Positions 37,491 through 48,600 of a stretch of 64,000 nt of DNA are shown one piece after another. Source of the stretch: Squalus acanthias (lineage: Eukaryota). The stretch covers positions 121,460,001-121,524,000 of the forward strand of contig CM059431.1 of NCBI GenBank assembly GCA_030390025.1. The letters are read 5' to 3'. Numbering within the stretch: the first letter of the stretch is position 1; every line of letters starts with the position of its first letter. A program made the translations under genes and the position numbers. The notes beneath the pieces were generated by a model. The model was not told the DNA's origin, made no database searches, and saw only the letters and a program-made list of their open reading frames with translations.

Positions 37491-39718
37491 CAAACAGGTT
37501 GGACAATTGAAAAAAAAAACTTGTGTATTAAATAAATTAAGGGAAAGGGAAACCTTTCAACTGGAATTTTTGTCAGAGGTACACCTTTTAAAGAGGGAGG
37601 CATGCAACCATTATACTATTTAAAGAGTGCTATGTGAAGATGCTTTCCACTGCTATCTATCAAGGAAGATGTGGCATCACCAGTACCACTGTTGAAGAGG
37701 ATATCTCACTGCCAGTGCCCATTTTAGAGCTGCAATGTCCCCAAGGTTGGCATTAGATTTACTATTGCAGCATGACCCTTTTTACAGATGCCAACGGATG
37801 AATGTTAAGTAGGCCAATTTACAATAGCCATGTTATACCGTGACCTTGCTTCACTTTTCAGAGACAAATTAAAAAAAAGCAGATTTCTAAATGGTTCCGC
37901 TGAACAGAACAGTGCTCACATACTGAACATTACAACAACTCCTGTCAGAATCAATTTTACCTCAACAAAGTTCTCAAGTAAATTTATTTGATTTCCTTGA
38001 ACAGCTAAGAGCTAAGGATGCTGCATGTTATTAAATGGCTTCTTGTATTATGAGGGCCTTCAAGTTCTTGGACTCTGTGCTTCCTTGGACCAAGGGACAA
38101 AAGGCAGAGGTCAAGGGCAAGGGTACAAAAGACATCCACTTTCTCAATCACTTATACAGGGTCTGGAACCCCTCCCCCCCCCCACCCCACCAGCTACTCC
38201 TCCAGCCGGCCAGTGATGTTCTGGAGCCCCCTCCTCCCCCTTCACCGCGTTGGTCCCAGTCCGCAATCGCGATGTTCTGGACACCCCAGTCCTCTGGCCG
38301 GCCCGCGATATTTACAGATCCCACCCCCCCACTTCTCCAGCCGACCCCGCACACCCCTCCTCCTCTGTGCGGTCTAGTACCACAGGCCTACCTGCCCAGG
38401 GCTAGTTAGCCTGTCAATCTGGTTGGCTGCGGATGGGAAACAGAGGCTTCCCATTCAAATCAGGCCCTGCCGTTAAATTCGGCAGGGACTGCGGGAAACC
38501 CGTTCTCCCGGGTTTCCCAACCGCCTCGGAGCCCCCTGCCCCAACCTGCCTTCCCCACTAAAATTCAGCCCGTTGTGTCCATGAACTCCTCTGTATGGTT
38601 GACTCCAAATTAATACACACTGACATAAATCTGGTCCATGCACACAATTCAACTGTAGCAATCCTCAACCCTCTCACTCTTACTGTTAAAATACATGACT
38701 CAAACATAATAAGGCAAGTGTAAACTGTTCCATAATTAATTGGATTTTAGGCTGAAATTTTACCGGCGCTCAGCGGATGGGATGGGTGGCAGGTCAGCTG
38801 TTAAATTAAAAATGATTGACAGCAGGTCGGGAACCCGCTGTCAAAACGCGAACAATGGACTTTCCCAATGTCGGGTCTGCCAGAGCTGTGCAGACCCGAC
38901 AGGCAGTGGCAGGGGAGGCAATTAAAATCATTAGCGGCTTGTTTACAGCCACTTATCAATGCTTTTTTCCCAGCTTTTTAGATTTGACAGGTCGCCCACT
39001 GGTTTCCCGCTGTGCCTAGACCTTGTCTGTGAAGCTGAGGTGGGAGGTCAGTGGCCATTGAATCAGCTGATGAGTTGACAGCTTCAAATGTCAAGTCAAA
39101 GCTCCCAGCTGATTGAGAAATGTTCCCTTAACCACTAGATTCTCTAAACTGCATTTCCACTACAGATTCAGGATGCTGCAAGTCTTTACACAAGTCTCCA
39201 TCCAGTCTGACCTCATTACCTCGCCCACCATTAACAGATCGCTTCTGTCATCTCTACTTCACCTGCCATCTATTCCATCAGCATGGGTGCCCTTGAAACT
39301 CTCTCACCTTGGTCCTCAGAATCCCACCACGATCAGCCCCAGCACCAGCATCACCAGGCACACCAGCAGCATCAACAACAACACAAACCTTCTCCGCAAT
39401 CACCTGATGCTGCACAGGACAGAGGGCATCAGCACCCAACCACAGTGCTGCCTGGGAGGCCAGGGATGGCCTCACCATGGCCACATTTACTTTACTTGAT
39501 GCTGCATGCCCTGGCTGCCACATGATGCGCCAGGTTGGCACCACCCCTCAGCAACAACATAAAGCATCCCTACAATGCCCAAACCATTCCTTTCACACTC
39601 ATCACCATTGCAGGGGGTACCGTTTTACATAGATACATAGAAGATAGGAGCAGGAGTAGGCCATCCGGCCCTTCGAGCCTGCTCCGCCATTTAATGAGAT
39701 CATGGCTGATCCTTCAAT

Positions 39719-42685
39719 TCAGTATCCCGTCCCCGCCTTCTCTCCGTAACCCTTAACCCCTTTTGCCTGTAGAAATATATCTAATTCCCTCTTAAATATA
39801 TTTAATGAGCTGGCGTACACTGCCCTCTGTGGCAATGAGTTCCACAGGTTCACCACTCTCTGAGTGAAGAAATTCCCCCTCATTTCTGTCCTAAATGGTT
39901 TAGCCCTTATCCTTAAATTATGTCCTCTAGTTCTGTTCTCACCCGCCAAGGGAAACATTCCTTCTGCATCTAATCTGTCTAGACCTGTCAGAATTTTATA
40001 CACTTCTATGAGGTCCCCCCTCAATCTTCTAAACTCCAGTGTGTACATCCCTAAACTACATAGTCTCTCCTCATAGGTCAATCCCGCCATTCCTGGTATC
40101 AGCCTGGTGAATCGCCGCTGCACCCCCTCCATGGCAAGAACATCTTTCCTCAGATGAGGCGACCAAAACTGTACACAGTACTCGAGGTGTGGTCTCACCA
40201 GTGCCCTGTACAGCTGCAGCAAGGTATCCCTGTTCCTGTATTCCAACCCTTTTGCTATGAAGGCCAGCATACCGTTTGCCTTCTTGACCGCCTGTTGCAC
40301 CTGCATGCTCGCCTTCAGTGACTGGTGTACAAGAACACCCAGGTCTCTCTGTACTTCCCCCTCTCCCAATTTATTGCCATTTAAATAATAATTTGCCCTC
40401 CCGTTCCTGCACCCAAGGTGGATAACTTCGCACTTGTCCACATTATAGTGCATCTGCCATTTATCCGCCCAATCACCCAGTCTGTCCAAATCGCTCTGGA
40501 GCTTCCTGGTCTCCTCCTCTGAGCCCACCCCCCCTCCTAGTTTAGTGTCGTCTGCAAATTTGGAAATGCTGCATTCGACTCCCTGATCCAGGTCATTAAT
40601 ATAAATTGTGAACAGCTGGGGACCCAGGACAGATCCCTGTGGTACCCCACTTGTTACTGCCTGCCATTCAGAAAATGAGCCGTTTATTCCAACTCTCTGT
40701 TTTCTATCTGACAGCCAGTTCTCTATCCACGTCAATACTTTCCCCTTTATCCCATGAGCTTCAATTTTCCATGCTAATCTTTTATGTGGGACCTTATCGA
40801 AGGCCTTTTGGAAGTCCAGGTACACCACATCTACTGGCTCTCCCCCATCTATTTTACCAGTTACTCCCTCAAAAAATTCCAATAGATTAGTCAAGCACGA
40901 TTTACCCTTTGTAAATGCATGTTGACTCTGTCCTATCCTGTCCCCATTTGCTAAGTGCTCGGCTATTTCATCCTTAATGATGGACTCCAGCATTTTGCCC
41001 ACAACTGATGTAAGGCTTACAGGTCTGTAATTACCTGCTTTTTCCCTACCCCCCTTTTTGAATAGTGGGGTAACGTTAGCTACCCTCCAATCCATGGGCA
41101 CTGTTCCCGAGTCTAATGAATTCTGAAAAATCATGCTTAGTGCATCCGCTATCTCTAGGGCCACCTCCTTCAGTACCCTAGGATGCATGTTATCAGGCCC
41201 TGGGGATTTGTCCGCCTTCAATCCCTTTAGCTTCCTTAACACCATATCCTTAGAGATATTGATTTGCGTCAGTTCCTCCTTTGCCAATGTCCCTATTTTT
41301 CCCGATATCCCAGGGAGGTTTTTTGTGTCTTCCTTCGTAAAGACTGACCCAAAGTATGCATTTAGTTGGTCTGCCATTTCCTTATTTCCCATTATATATT
41401 CCCCCGTATCTGACTGCAATGGACCAACTTTGGTTTTCACCAGTCTTTTCCTCTTGATATACTTATAAAAGCTTTTGGAGTTAGTTTTTATATTTTCCGC
41501 CAGCTTGCTTTCGTAAGCTATTTTGCCCTTCTTGATTAAGCCCTTTGCCCTCCTTTGCTCTATCTTAAACTGTTCCCAATCTTCCGCTCTGGCGCGTTTT
41601 TTGGCTATTTTATACGCCCTATCTTTGGATTTTATGCTGTCTCTAATTTCCCCTGTTATCCACGGTTGAGTCACCTTTTTAGATTTCCTTTTATGCCAGA
41701 TTGGTATAAACAATTTTTGCAATTTTGTCATTCTATCTTTAAATGCTTGCCATTGTTTATCTACCTCCAGTCCTCCCAGGAACGTTGTCCAATCAGACCT
41801 ACTCAGTTCCCGTCTAATGGCATCATAATTCCCCTTGTTTAAATTCAGGACCTGAGTCTCTGAGTCAATTTCTTCGCTCTCCATTTCGAGTGAGAAATCG
41901 ATCATGTTATGATCGCTCTGTCCCAAGGGTCCCCGTACAACAAGATTACTAATTAGTCCCTTCTCATTGCACAGTACCCAGTCCAATATAGCCTGTTCCC
42001 GAGTTGGTTCCTCGACATATTGATCCAGATAACCATCCCTTAAACACTCAAGGAATTCCTCCTCCTCATTATTTTTACTGATTAGGCTAGTCCAATCTAT
42101 ATGTAAGTTAAAGTCACCTATGATGACAGCTGTGCTCTTATTGCACGCTTCTCTAATTTCCCTCGTGATGCCCTCCCCAACCTCTATTTTACTATTTGGA
42201 GGCCTATATACCACTCCTATTAATGTTTTTCGCCCCTCGCTATTTCTTAGCTCCACCCATATAGATTCTGTATTAACTGAGTTAATATCCTTCCTTTCAA
42301 TTGCATTTATCCCCTCTTTTACCAGCAATGCTACCCCTCCTCCCTTTCTTTTTTGTCGATCCTTCCTAAATACTGAATACCCCTGTATGTTAAGCTCCCA
42401 GCCCTGCTCACCCTGCAACCATGTTTCCGTAATCCCAATTAGATCATAATTATTAACCTCTATTTCCACAGCTAATTCATCTACCTTGTTCCTGATGCTT
42501 CTCGCATTAAGGTATAAAACCCTCAGGCTTTTTTTATGCTCACATTTTTTATGAATTAGTTTGGCCCTTTGTTTTTTGTTCCTCTCCTTTTTACCATTTA
42601 TTTCTGTCTGCCTTTCACTTTCCTCTATTTCACTACATGGGTTTCTAGCCCCCTGCCATACTAGTTTAAATGCTCCCGAACTGCT
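39719..42685 (-). CDS. CR1 ORF2: APE endonuclease plus reverse transcriptase (stop-to-stop open frame; the ORF track starts it at GTG 42469)
   Basis: LRVLYLNARSIRNK (upstream of 42469), GITETW, GDFN, SDH; KSPGPD, NYRPVSLTS, YLDFQKAFDKVPH, GVPQGSVLGP, FADD, HLEYCVQFW, WNSLP. Confidence 0.95.
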   Translation of the reverse strand, partial: SSSGAFKLVWQGARNPCSEIEESERQTEINGKKERNKKQRAKLIHKKCEHKKSLRVLYLNARSIRNKVDELAVEIEVNNYDLIGITETWLQGEQGWELNIQGYSVFRKDRQKRKGGGVALLVKEGINAIERKDINSVNTESIWVELRNSEGRKTLIGVVYRPPNSKIEVGEGITREIREACNKSTAVIIGDFNLHIDWTSLISKNNEEEEFLECLRDGYLDQYVEEPTREQAILDWVLCNEKGLISNLVVRGPLGQSDHNMIDFSLEMESEEIDSETQVLNLNKGNYDAIRRELSRSDWTTFLGGLEVDKQWQAFKDRMTKLQKLFIPIWHKRKSKKVTQPWITGEIRDSIKSKDRAYKIAKKRARAEDWEQFKIEQRRAKGLIKKGKIAYESKLAENIKTNSKSFYKYIKRKRLVKTKVGPLQSDTGEYIMGNKEMADQLNAYFGSVFTKEDTKNLPGISGKIGTLAKEELTQINISKDMVLRKLKGLKADKSPGPDNMHPRVLKEVALEIADALSMIFQNSLDSGTVPMDWRVANVTPLFKKGGREKAGNYRPVSLTSVVGKMLESIIKDEIAEHLANGDRIGQSQHAFTKGKSCLTNLLEFFEGVTGKIDGGEPVDVVYLDFQKAFDKVPHKRLAWKIEAHGIKGKVLTWIENWLSDRKQRVGINGSFSEWQAVTSGVPQGSVLGPQLFTIYINDLDQGVECSISKFADDTKLGGGVGSEEETRKLQSDLDRLGDWADKWQMHYNVDKCEVIHLGCRNGRANYYLNGNKLGEGEVQRDLGVLVHQSLKASMQVQQAVKKANGMLAFIAKGLEYRNRDTLLQLYRALVRPHLEYCVQFWSPHLRKDVLAMEGVQRRFTRLIPGMAGLTYEERLCSLGMYTLEFRRLRGDLIEVYKILTGLDRLDAEGMFPLAGENRTRGHNLRIRAKPFRTEMRGNFFTQRVVNLWNSLPQRAVYASSLNIFKRELDIFLQAKGVKGYGEKAGTGY

Positions 42686-43608
42686 TTATCAAAATTTACC
42701 CCGAGAACATCAGTTCCATCTTTGCACAGGTGTAGACCGTCCCTTTTGTATAGGTCACACCTACCACAAAACTGGTCCCAATGCCTCAAAAATTTAAAAC
42801 CCTCCCTCTTACACCACTGCTCAAGCCACGTATTTAGCCTAACTATCCTGTTCTCTGTACTCTTACTAGCACGTGGCACTGGTAGTAATCCAGAGATTAC
42901 TACCTTCGAGGTCCTACTTTTTAGCTTGGCTCCTAACTCCCTAAATTCTACTTGTAGGACCTCTTCCCTTTTTTTAGCTACGTCGTTGGTACCAACATGT
43001 ATCACGACAACTGGCTGTTCCCCCTCCCCCTCCAGAATGTTCTGCACCCGCGCCGAGACATCCTTGACCCTTGCACCAGGGAGGCAAATTACCATCCTGG
43101 AGTCTCGGTCGTGACCACAGAAACTCCTATCTATTCCCCTTACAATCGAATCCCCTATTACTATAGCCCTGCCACTCTTTTTCCCTCCCTTCTTTGCAAC
43201 AGAGCCAGTCATGGTGCCATGAGCCTGGCTGCTGGTGCCTTCCCCCGATGAGTCATCCCCCCCGACAACAGCACCTAAGGCGGTGAACCTGTTGCTGAGG
43301 GAGACAACCCCAGGGGATTCCTGCACTACCTTCCTGCCCTTGCTCTGCCTTTTGGTCACCCATGTACTATCTACTCTGGCCTTAACCTGCGGTGTGACCA
43401 ACTCACTAAATGTGCTATTCACAACCCTCTCAGAATCGTGGATGCTCCAAAGTGAGTCCATCCGCAGCTCAAGGGCCGTCATGCGGTCCCACATGAGCTG
43501 CAGCTGGACACACTTCCCGCACACATGGTTGTCAGGGACACAGGAAGCGTCCATGATTTCCCACATGTTACAGGAGGAGCATGACACAGGTCCGAGCTCT
43601 ACTGCCAT
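42661..43608 (-). CDS. CR1 ORF1: zinc finger, coiled coil and SGNH/GDSL esterase domain (315 aa)
   Basis: CSSC...CGKC, heptad LQLMWDRMTALELRMDSL, blocks IGDSIVR, PGA, HVGTND, DGLHL; Kozak-like gtcATGG. Confidence 0.93.
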   Translation of the reverse strand: MAVELGPVSCSSCNMWEIMDASCVPDNHVCGKCVQLQLMWDRMTALELRMDSLWSIHDSERVVNSTFSELVTPQVKARVDSTWVTKRQSKGRKVVQESPGVVSLSNRFTALGAVVGGDDSSGEGTSSQAHGTMTGSVAKKGGKKSGRAIVIGDSIVRGIDRSFCGHDRDSRMVICLPGARVKDVSARVQNILEGEGEQPVVVIHVGTNDVAKKREEVLQVEFRELGAKLKSRTSKVVISGLLPVPRASKSTENRIVRLNTWLEQWCKREGFKFLRHWDQFCGRCDLYKRDGLHLCKDGTDVLGVNFDKAVREHLN

Positions 43609-44014
43609 GACTTAACCCTTATATTACTTATTAATTTTCTAGTTTTAGTTTATTTATTGACTTTTGTTTTCCCGAAGCTTACTTAGACCAATGTATACTG
43701 TACTCCTCTTATTCCTTTTTAAACTAACCAAATCGCACTAGTTTTAGTTGTACTTTCTAGGAAGGTTTGAGGAAAGTACTTACCAGTTAGTCTTACCTCC
43801 CTGGTCTTTCGCTGACTTCCCGGTCTTGTGTCCCCTTGGTCCTACGCCGACTTCCCGCTCCTCCCGGTTCCTGCTCTGCTGAAAAGAAACTGAGACCAAA
43901 AAATTTGTGACCTCTGTTTTTAGACTGCTAAAAGACTACTAGGTTAGAGGAGGAGGGCGGGTGGGGGTTCCTACTCTGTAGGAACTCGGGTTTAAGCCAC
44001 CACCCTCCTTAAAT

Positions 44015-44411
44015 GCCGCTCCAACCAGGTCCGCTCCTCCTTCCCCGCTGCCGACCGCTCTGTGGGAGAAAAAGAAAGAAAGGCTCCTCCTCCGCCGCTG
44101 TCGACGCTGGTCTGAGGCCTACCTGAGCCTCGGGGCTCCCTTTATCGACTCGCCGCCGCTCCCGCCGCTCCAACCAGGTCCGCTCCTCCTTCCCCGCTGC
44201 CGACCGCTCTGTGGGAGAAAAAGAAAGAAAGGCTCCTCCTCCGCCGCTGTCGACGCTGGTCTGAGGCCTACCTGAGCCTCGGGGCTCCCTTTATCGACTC
44301 GCCGCCGCTCCCGCCGCTCCAACCAGGTCCGCTCCTCCTTCCCCGCTGCCGACCGCTCTGTGGGAGAAAAAGAAAGAAAGGCTCCTCCTCCGCCGCTGTC
44401 GACGCTGGTCT
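44015..44411 (-). repeat. 149-bp GC/CpG-rich tandem monomers (~2.7 units) at the CR1 5' end
   Basis: Units start at 44015, 44164, 44313 and look identical by eye. Confidence 0.92.
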
Positions 44412-45579
44412 CACCATTTACTGCAGCTCACTAAGCCACTTCCAAAGGTGCACACAAATATGTCCAAGAAGGCACATTTTTGAAAATAAAGATTTCAATG
44501 ATTGACAGCACATTAACAGAAACTTCACATGAACATTGGCTAAAACAGCCAAATGCCTACCCTTGTGTGTTGTTAGTTGGTATGATTGCACTAGGATGAG
44601 GGTGAGTGTGAGGGGTGGCTAGTGAGATGGGGAAGTGATAATGTAGACAGAGAGAGATGGGTGGAGGTGCAAGGCAAGTTGGTGTGAGTAAGGATGTGCA
44701 GGAGTAGGGTAGGGAAGGCCGAGTTATGGGGATGTGATGAGAGGCACAGCAGGATGAGGTTGTGGCTTTTTAGTAACGTCTCGTGATCTACTGAGATCAT
44801 TGAAATGTTTGCGCACTGCAGCCTGGTCCACCTGATGACATCCCTGCTTGTGTCCTCCTGTGCAATGTGCAACCAGGCTGTGTTGGTGTCCTGGGGAGGT
44901 CTCTTCTGCCCATGGGAAGGGAAGAGACCTCGCTAGCGTGCTGTGACTCCCTCCATAAGCATATGGAGGGAGTCATGGGAGAGCCTGGGTGCAGCCGTGC
45001 TCCTCTGTGCAGTGCTTGTCAGTGTTTGCAGCACCTCAATACTGTTGAACACTGACAGCACAACTGTCAAATTAAATTTGGGCATGGTCCCTTTAAGGAA
45101 ACCGGCTGATGACGCGTCATATCTGCCCGCTTCCTTCAATTGGTTGGGAAACGCGCTGGGCGGGCTTAACAAGTTCAATCAGTGGAAAGTCATTTCGGAG
45201 GCCAGGATGGAGCCAGCAGCGAGGCCGAGACCCGCCATGGGACCTGCCAAGGTAGGTTAAATTGCAGCCTTAGTATTCAGTTCAGAAATGACAGCTTTTG
45301 AAGTCTAATCTCTTCTGTGTAATGTTTTCATGAAATATTTTCTGTATTTGCTTAGATTGAATTGCTGAATAGACCATTAAAAACACTATTGTAAAAAGAT
45401 TTGCCAATTGACTACATTGACTATAGAATTCCTGATCCTAAAATGTAATCCTGGTCCAAGTAGAACAGTTCTTGGTGAATGCACTTTAGATTTAACAAAA
45501 ATTAACTTAGTTAGCCCATTTCTAACAATGAAAAATAATTTCCAACAGTAAATAGAACCAAGTATATTATGTACATGAA

Positions 45580-46969
45580 GGCCGAGAGATTCAATCCAAC
45601 CCGGAAATGGGCGCGCAGGGGATGGGGTGCGTATTGCAAACGCCTGTTCACGTTGTCCCAGGGACTATGCAAAACTCATTGTGACAGCTCATTCTAATGA
45701 TTTAGTAGTGCAGCCAGTGCTACCCAGGGTGGGTAATCAGGCATCTCTGACGCCACTTAAAGGCAGCCAACACTTCTTAAAGGGCACTCTGGCTGCAGAC
45801 AACAGAGCAATCTCAGAGTTTAAAAATATGGATGAATTATGTCTGGATAAGGCACCTAGGATGTCTGATGCAGCATTAGAGGTCCGGGTCCAAGCGGTGG
45901 ATAGGAGGATGAAGATCCTGTTCCTCCCAGGGGACAGAAAGCCCTCCAGACAACACCTCTGTCACCAGTGGGAAGTTTGCAGAGAAGGTCAAATACCAGG
46001 ATCTTAGCTCCCAGTACATGGCTGGAATGCTGAAACAAGTTCAATGATGTCACCAGAGTTGTTGAGGTAAGAATAATGCTCTCTAATTCTCTAGTCACAC
46101 CTATACCACCTCCAGCCTCAATTTATGAACTATTTGAGTATGACAGGCACATTCTCTCAAAAGTGCAAGGATGGTGGCCTTAGCTCCATGGGAGAGGCAC
46201 AGGCTAGCCACTCTCAGGATGACAGCGCACCTGTTCCCGCACCACCCACTCTGTCAGTGCCCTTGTTAGTGTCACAGAGCCAGCTGGGCCAGACTGCCCC
46301 TGCCCACGGCAAGCTACTGCAGTCTGCAGCAGGACTCTTAAGGCCCAGAGTTGCTTTCGGTCATCTACCATGGTCATCTGAAGTGTCCTCAATGGAAGCT
46401 CAGCCGTCTTCCACCTCCCAAACTGTAGCTACTGGGGATACATTTTGTAGGAGTACGAGGATAGATAAACAAATTCACAAGACAGGCATTAAGAGGTGGA
46501 AACAAGGTTGATTCTTTATTATTCCTGTTAAATATTAGACACAGATAGAATTGAGTTGTTGGATTTCTTTTTTTCTGGATTTGGTTTTGGTGTTTGTAGT
46601 GAAGTGAAGACCCATAAGGCTGAACTGAAGGAAAGCAATTGGATGGTGGTAGTAAAGACGATGGTAGTAAGGATTATGGGACTTTTGGTGTATTGGGGAT
46701 GTTGTTGAATAAGTTTATCATGTGGCGAGTCAGACGCTAGGGTAGCCCAATTACACAAATGGGTCATACAACGAGGGTAGGACCTGTATTTAAATATTAT
46801 AATGCGCTTCCTCAATCATTCACGCATGTGCCCTGGACGCCTATGGCAGATTCAATGTGGCAGGTGGCGCATTTCCTGCGCGGGAAGGGCACAAGCATAC
46901 CTCCCGCCATATCTTAGGCATCCATTTTACAGCAGTAAAACGGGCGTGGCACAAACAAATTTCTAGGCT
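45580..46969 (+). mobile_element. Internally deleted Harbinger (1.39 kb) with Myb/SANT exon 1, last-exon remnant and a possible convergent transposase stub
   Basis: TIR GGCCGAGAGATT / AATTTCTAGGCT, TSD GAA; the SSMEAQ segment matches the second ORF at ~63100. Confidence 0.7.
45828..46066 (+). pseudogene. Harbinger Myb/SANT exon 1 (disrupted)
   Basis: MDELCLDKAPRMSDAALEVRVQAVDRRMKILF...W...STWLEC*NKFNDVTRVVE followed by donor gtaaga. Confidence 0.72.
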
Positions 46970-48600
46970 GAAGTGTTCATTTAACAGCACAATTCAGTTC
47001 AAGATTCCATCTGCTTAAACATAGATGTCATTCATTGTGGATGGTCAGTGTATAAACTGGATGCAGCTTGCAACTTGCACTTCTCCTTAACTTACCCTTG
47101 TATCACACATTGCAGCACTTAGACCTTTATGGATGATGAAATAGCCATAATATAGATTGAAGCTGAAGGCTACAACAGTTAACTGTTTACCCAAAGGTTT
47201 CCAAACTGGCTAAAAAGGCTACTGTAGTGTTACTGCCAAATAGCCAAAGTTATGATGCAAATAGTTTCTAGTTGTATTCTAAATAAATGGTTGATTTCAA
47301 TCCTTCCATTGACAGGATTTAATGCTGCATTGCTATAAAAGGGCAGGACGATGAAAACTGATATTACTGCAGTACAATTGCAACTAACTGAATTGAATTA
47401 GATCATTGCTGCAAACAGTACAACTCCAATGTAGTTACATCATCAACCTCTTTATGTATGTCATAATATAATGAAACTACAGGATCTGGAAACCCATCAA
47501 AATGTCCCAAATTTAGGCTTGTCTAGCAGGGGACTCATGTCTGGGTCCGAGATCTAATGCCTAATGTGAACTTTCACCTTTGACCATTTCCTTAGCTTAG
47601 TAGAGAGCTAATACTGGCTCTTCAGTATTAATTGTGACTAACTGATTATTTATGGTCACCGGTGAGAGGTGAGACTTGATCCTTCCAAAACCTGCATTAC
47701 AAATGTATAAAACGGGCAACCGATCCTTTGCTGTTCATTAGCTGCCCAGCGGGAACTGTTATATTTAACCACATTCATTCGTACTTTCCTGCATGTGGTC
47801 CTATCCAGTGGTCAGAACAGGAAAACTGGCTGACATTCTCTGTCAATAGCCAAGTGGTATTGAGCATTCTGCCTTCTGCCACACCTTTCAGTTATCTCAG
47901 CACAGTTATCAAATCTTCTGTATAACTCACTGTTGCACCAGGCAAGGCCTTTAACCACTAATGCGGAAGATTGAGTGGTAGTTTCTAACATTACAACGGA
48001 AATAATTGGATTGATTCTAACTGTATTACACCCCGCCCGACTTTCCATTCCCATTATCATAGAATAATAGAATCATAGAATGGTTACAGCACAGAAGGAG
48101 GTCATTCAGCCCATCGAGCCCGTGCTGGCTCTCTGCAAGAGCACTTCAGCTCGTCCCACTCTCTCGCCCTTTCCCCGTAGCCCTGCTAATTTATTTCCTT
48201 CAGGTACTTATCCAGTTCCCTTTTGAAAGCCATGATTGAATCTGCCTCCACCACCCTTTCAGGCAGTGCATTCCAGATCCTAACCACTCAGTGTGTAAAC
48301 AAGTTTTTCCTCATGTCGCCTTTGGTTCTTTTGCTAATCACCTTAAATCTGTGTCCTCTGGTTCTCGACCCTTCCACTAATGGGAACAGTTCTCTCTATC
48401 TACTCTGTCTAGACCCTGTATAATTTTGAACACCTCTATCAAATCTTCTCTCAACCTTCACTTCTCCAAGGAGAACAACCTCAGCTTCTGTAGTCTATCC
48501 ACATAACTGAAGTCCCTCATCCCTGGAATCATTTTCGTAAATCTTTTCTGCACCCTCTCTAAGGCCTTCACATCCTTCCTAATGTGCGGTGCCCAGAATT

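Larger units (their letters stand above)
39626..44411 (-). mobile_element. Full-length, apparently intact CR1 LINE
   Basis: 5' tandem monomers, ORF1, ORF2, 3' hairpin gggccggatggcct and 8-nt tail (ctatgtat)n; no stops or frameshifts within either ORF; no clear TSD. Confidence 0.95.
38750..45269 (-). mobile_element. Harbinger family C copy 2 (~1.74 kb host) split by the full-length CR1
   Basis: TIR GGCTGAAATTT / AAATTGCAGCC, TSD TTA; halves rejoin as taccgtt-gtctcacc, matching copy 1. Confidence 0.8.

Noticed and set aside
37630..37730. Weak ~32-bp periodicity (KEDVASPVPLL / EEDISLPVPIL-like)
   Set aside because: Only two or three poor units, not in a consistent frame
44015..44411. Regular repeats that might suggest a CRISPR array
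   Set aside because: Head-to-tail identical units with no unique spacers, in eukaryotic LINE context
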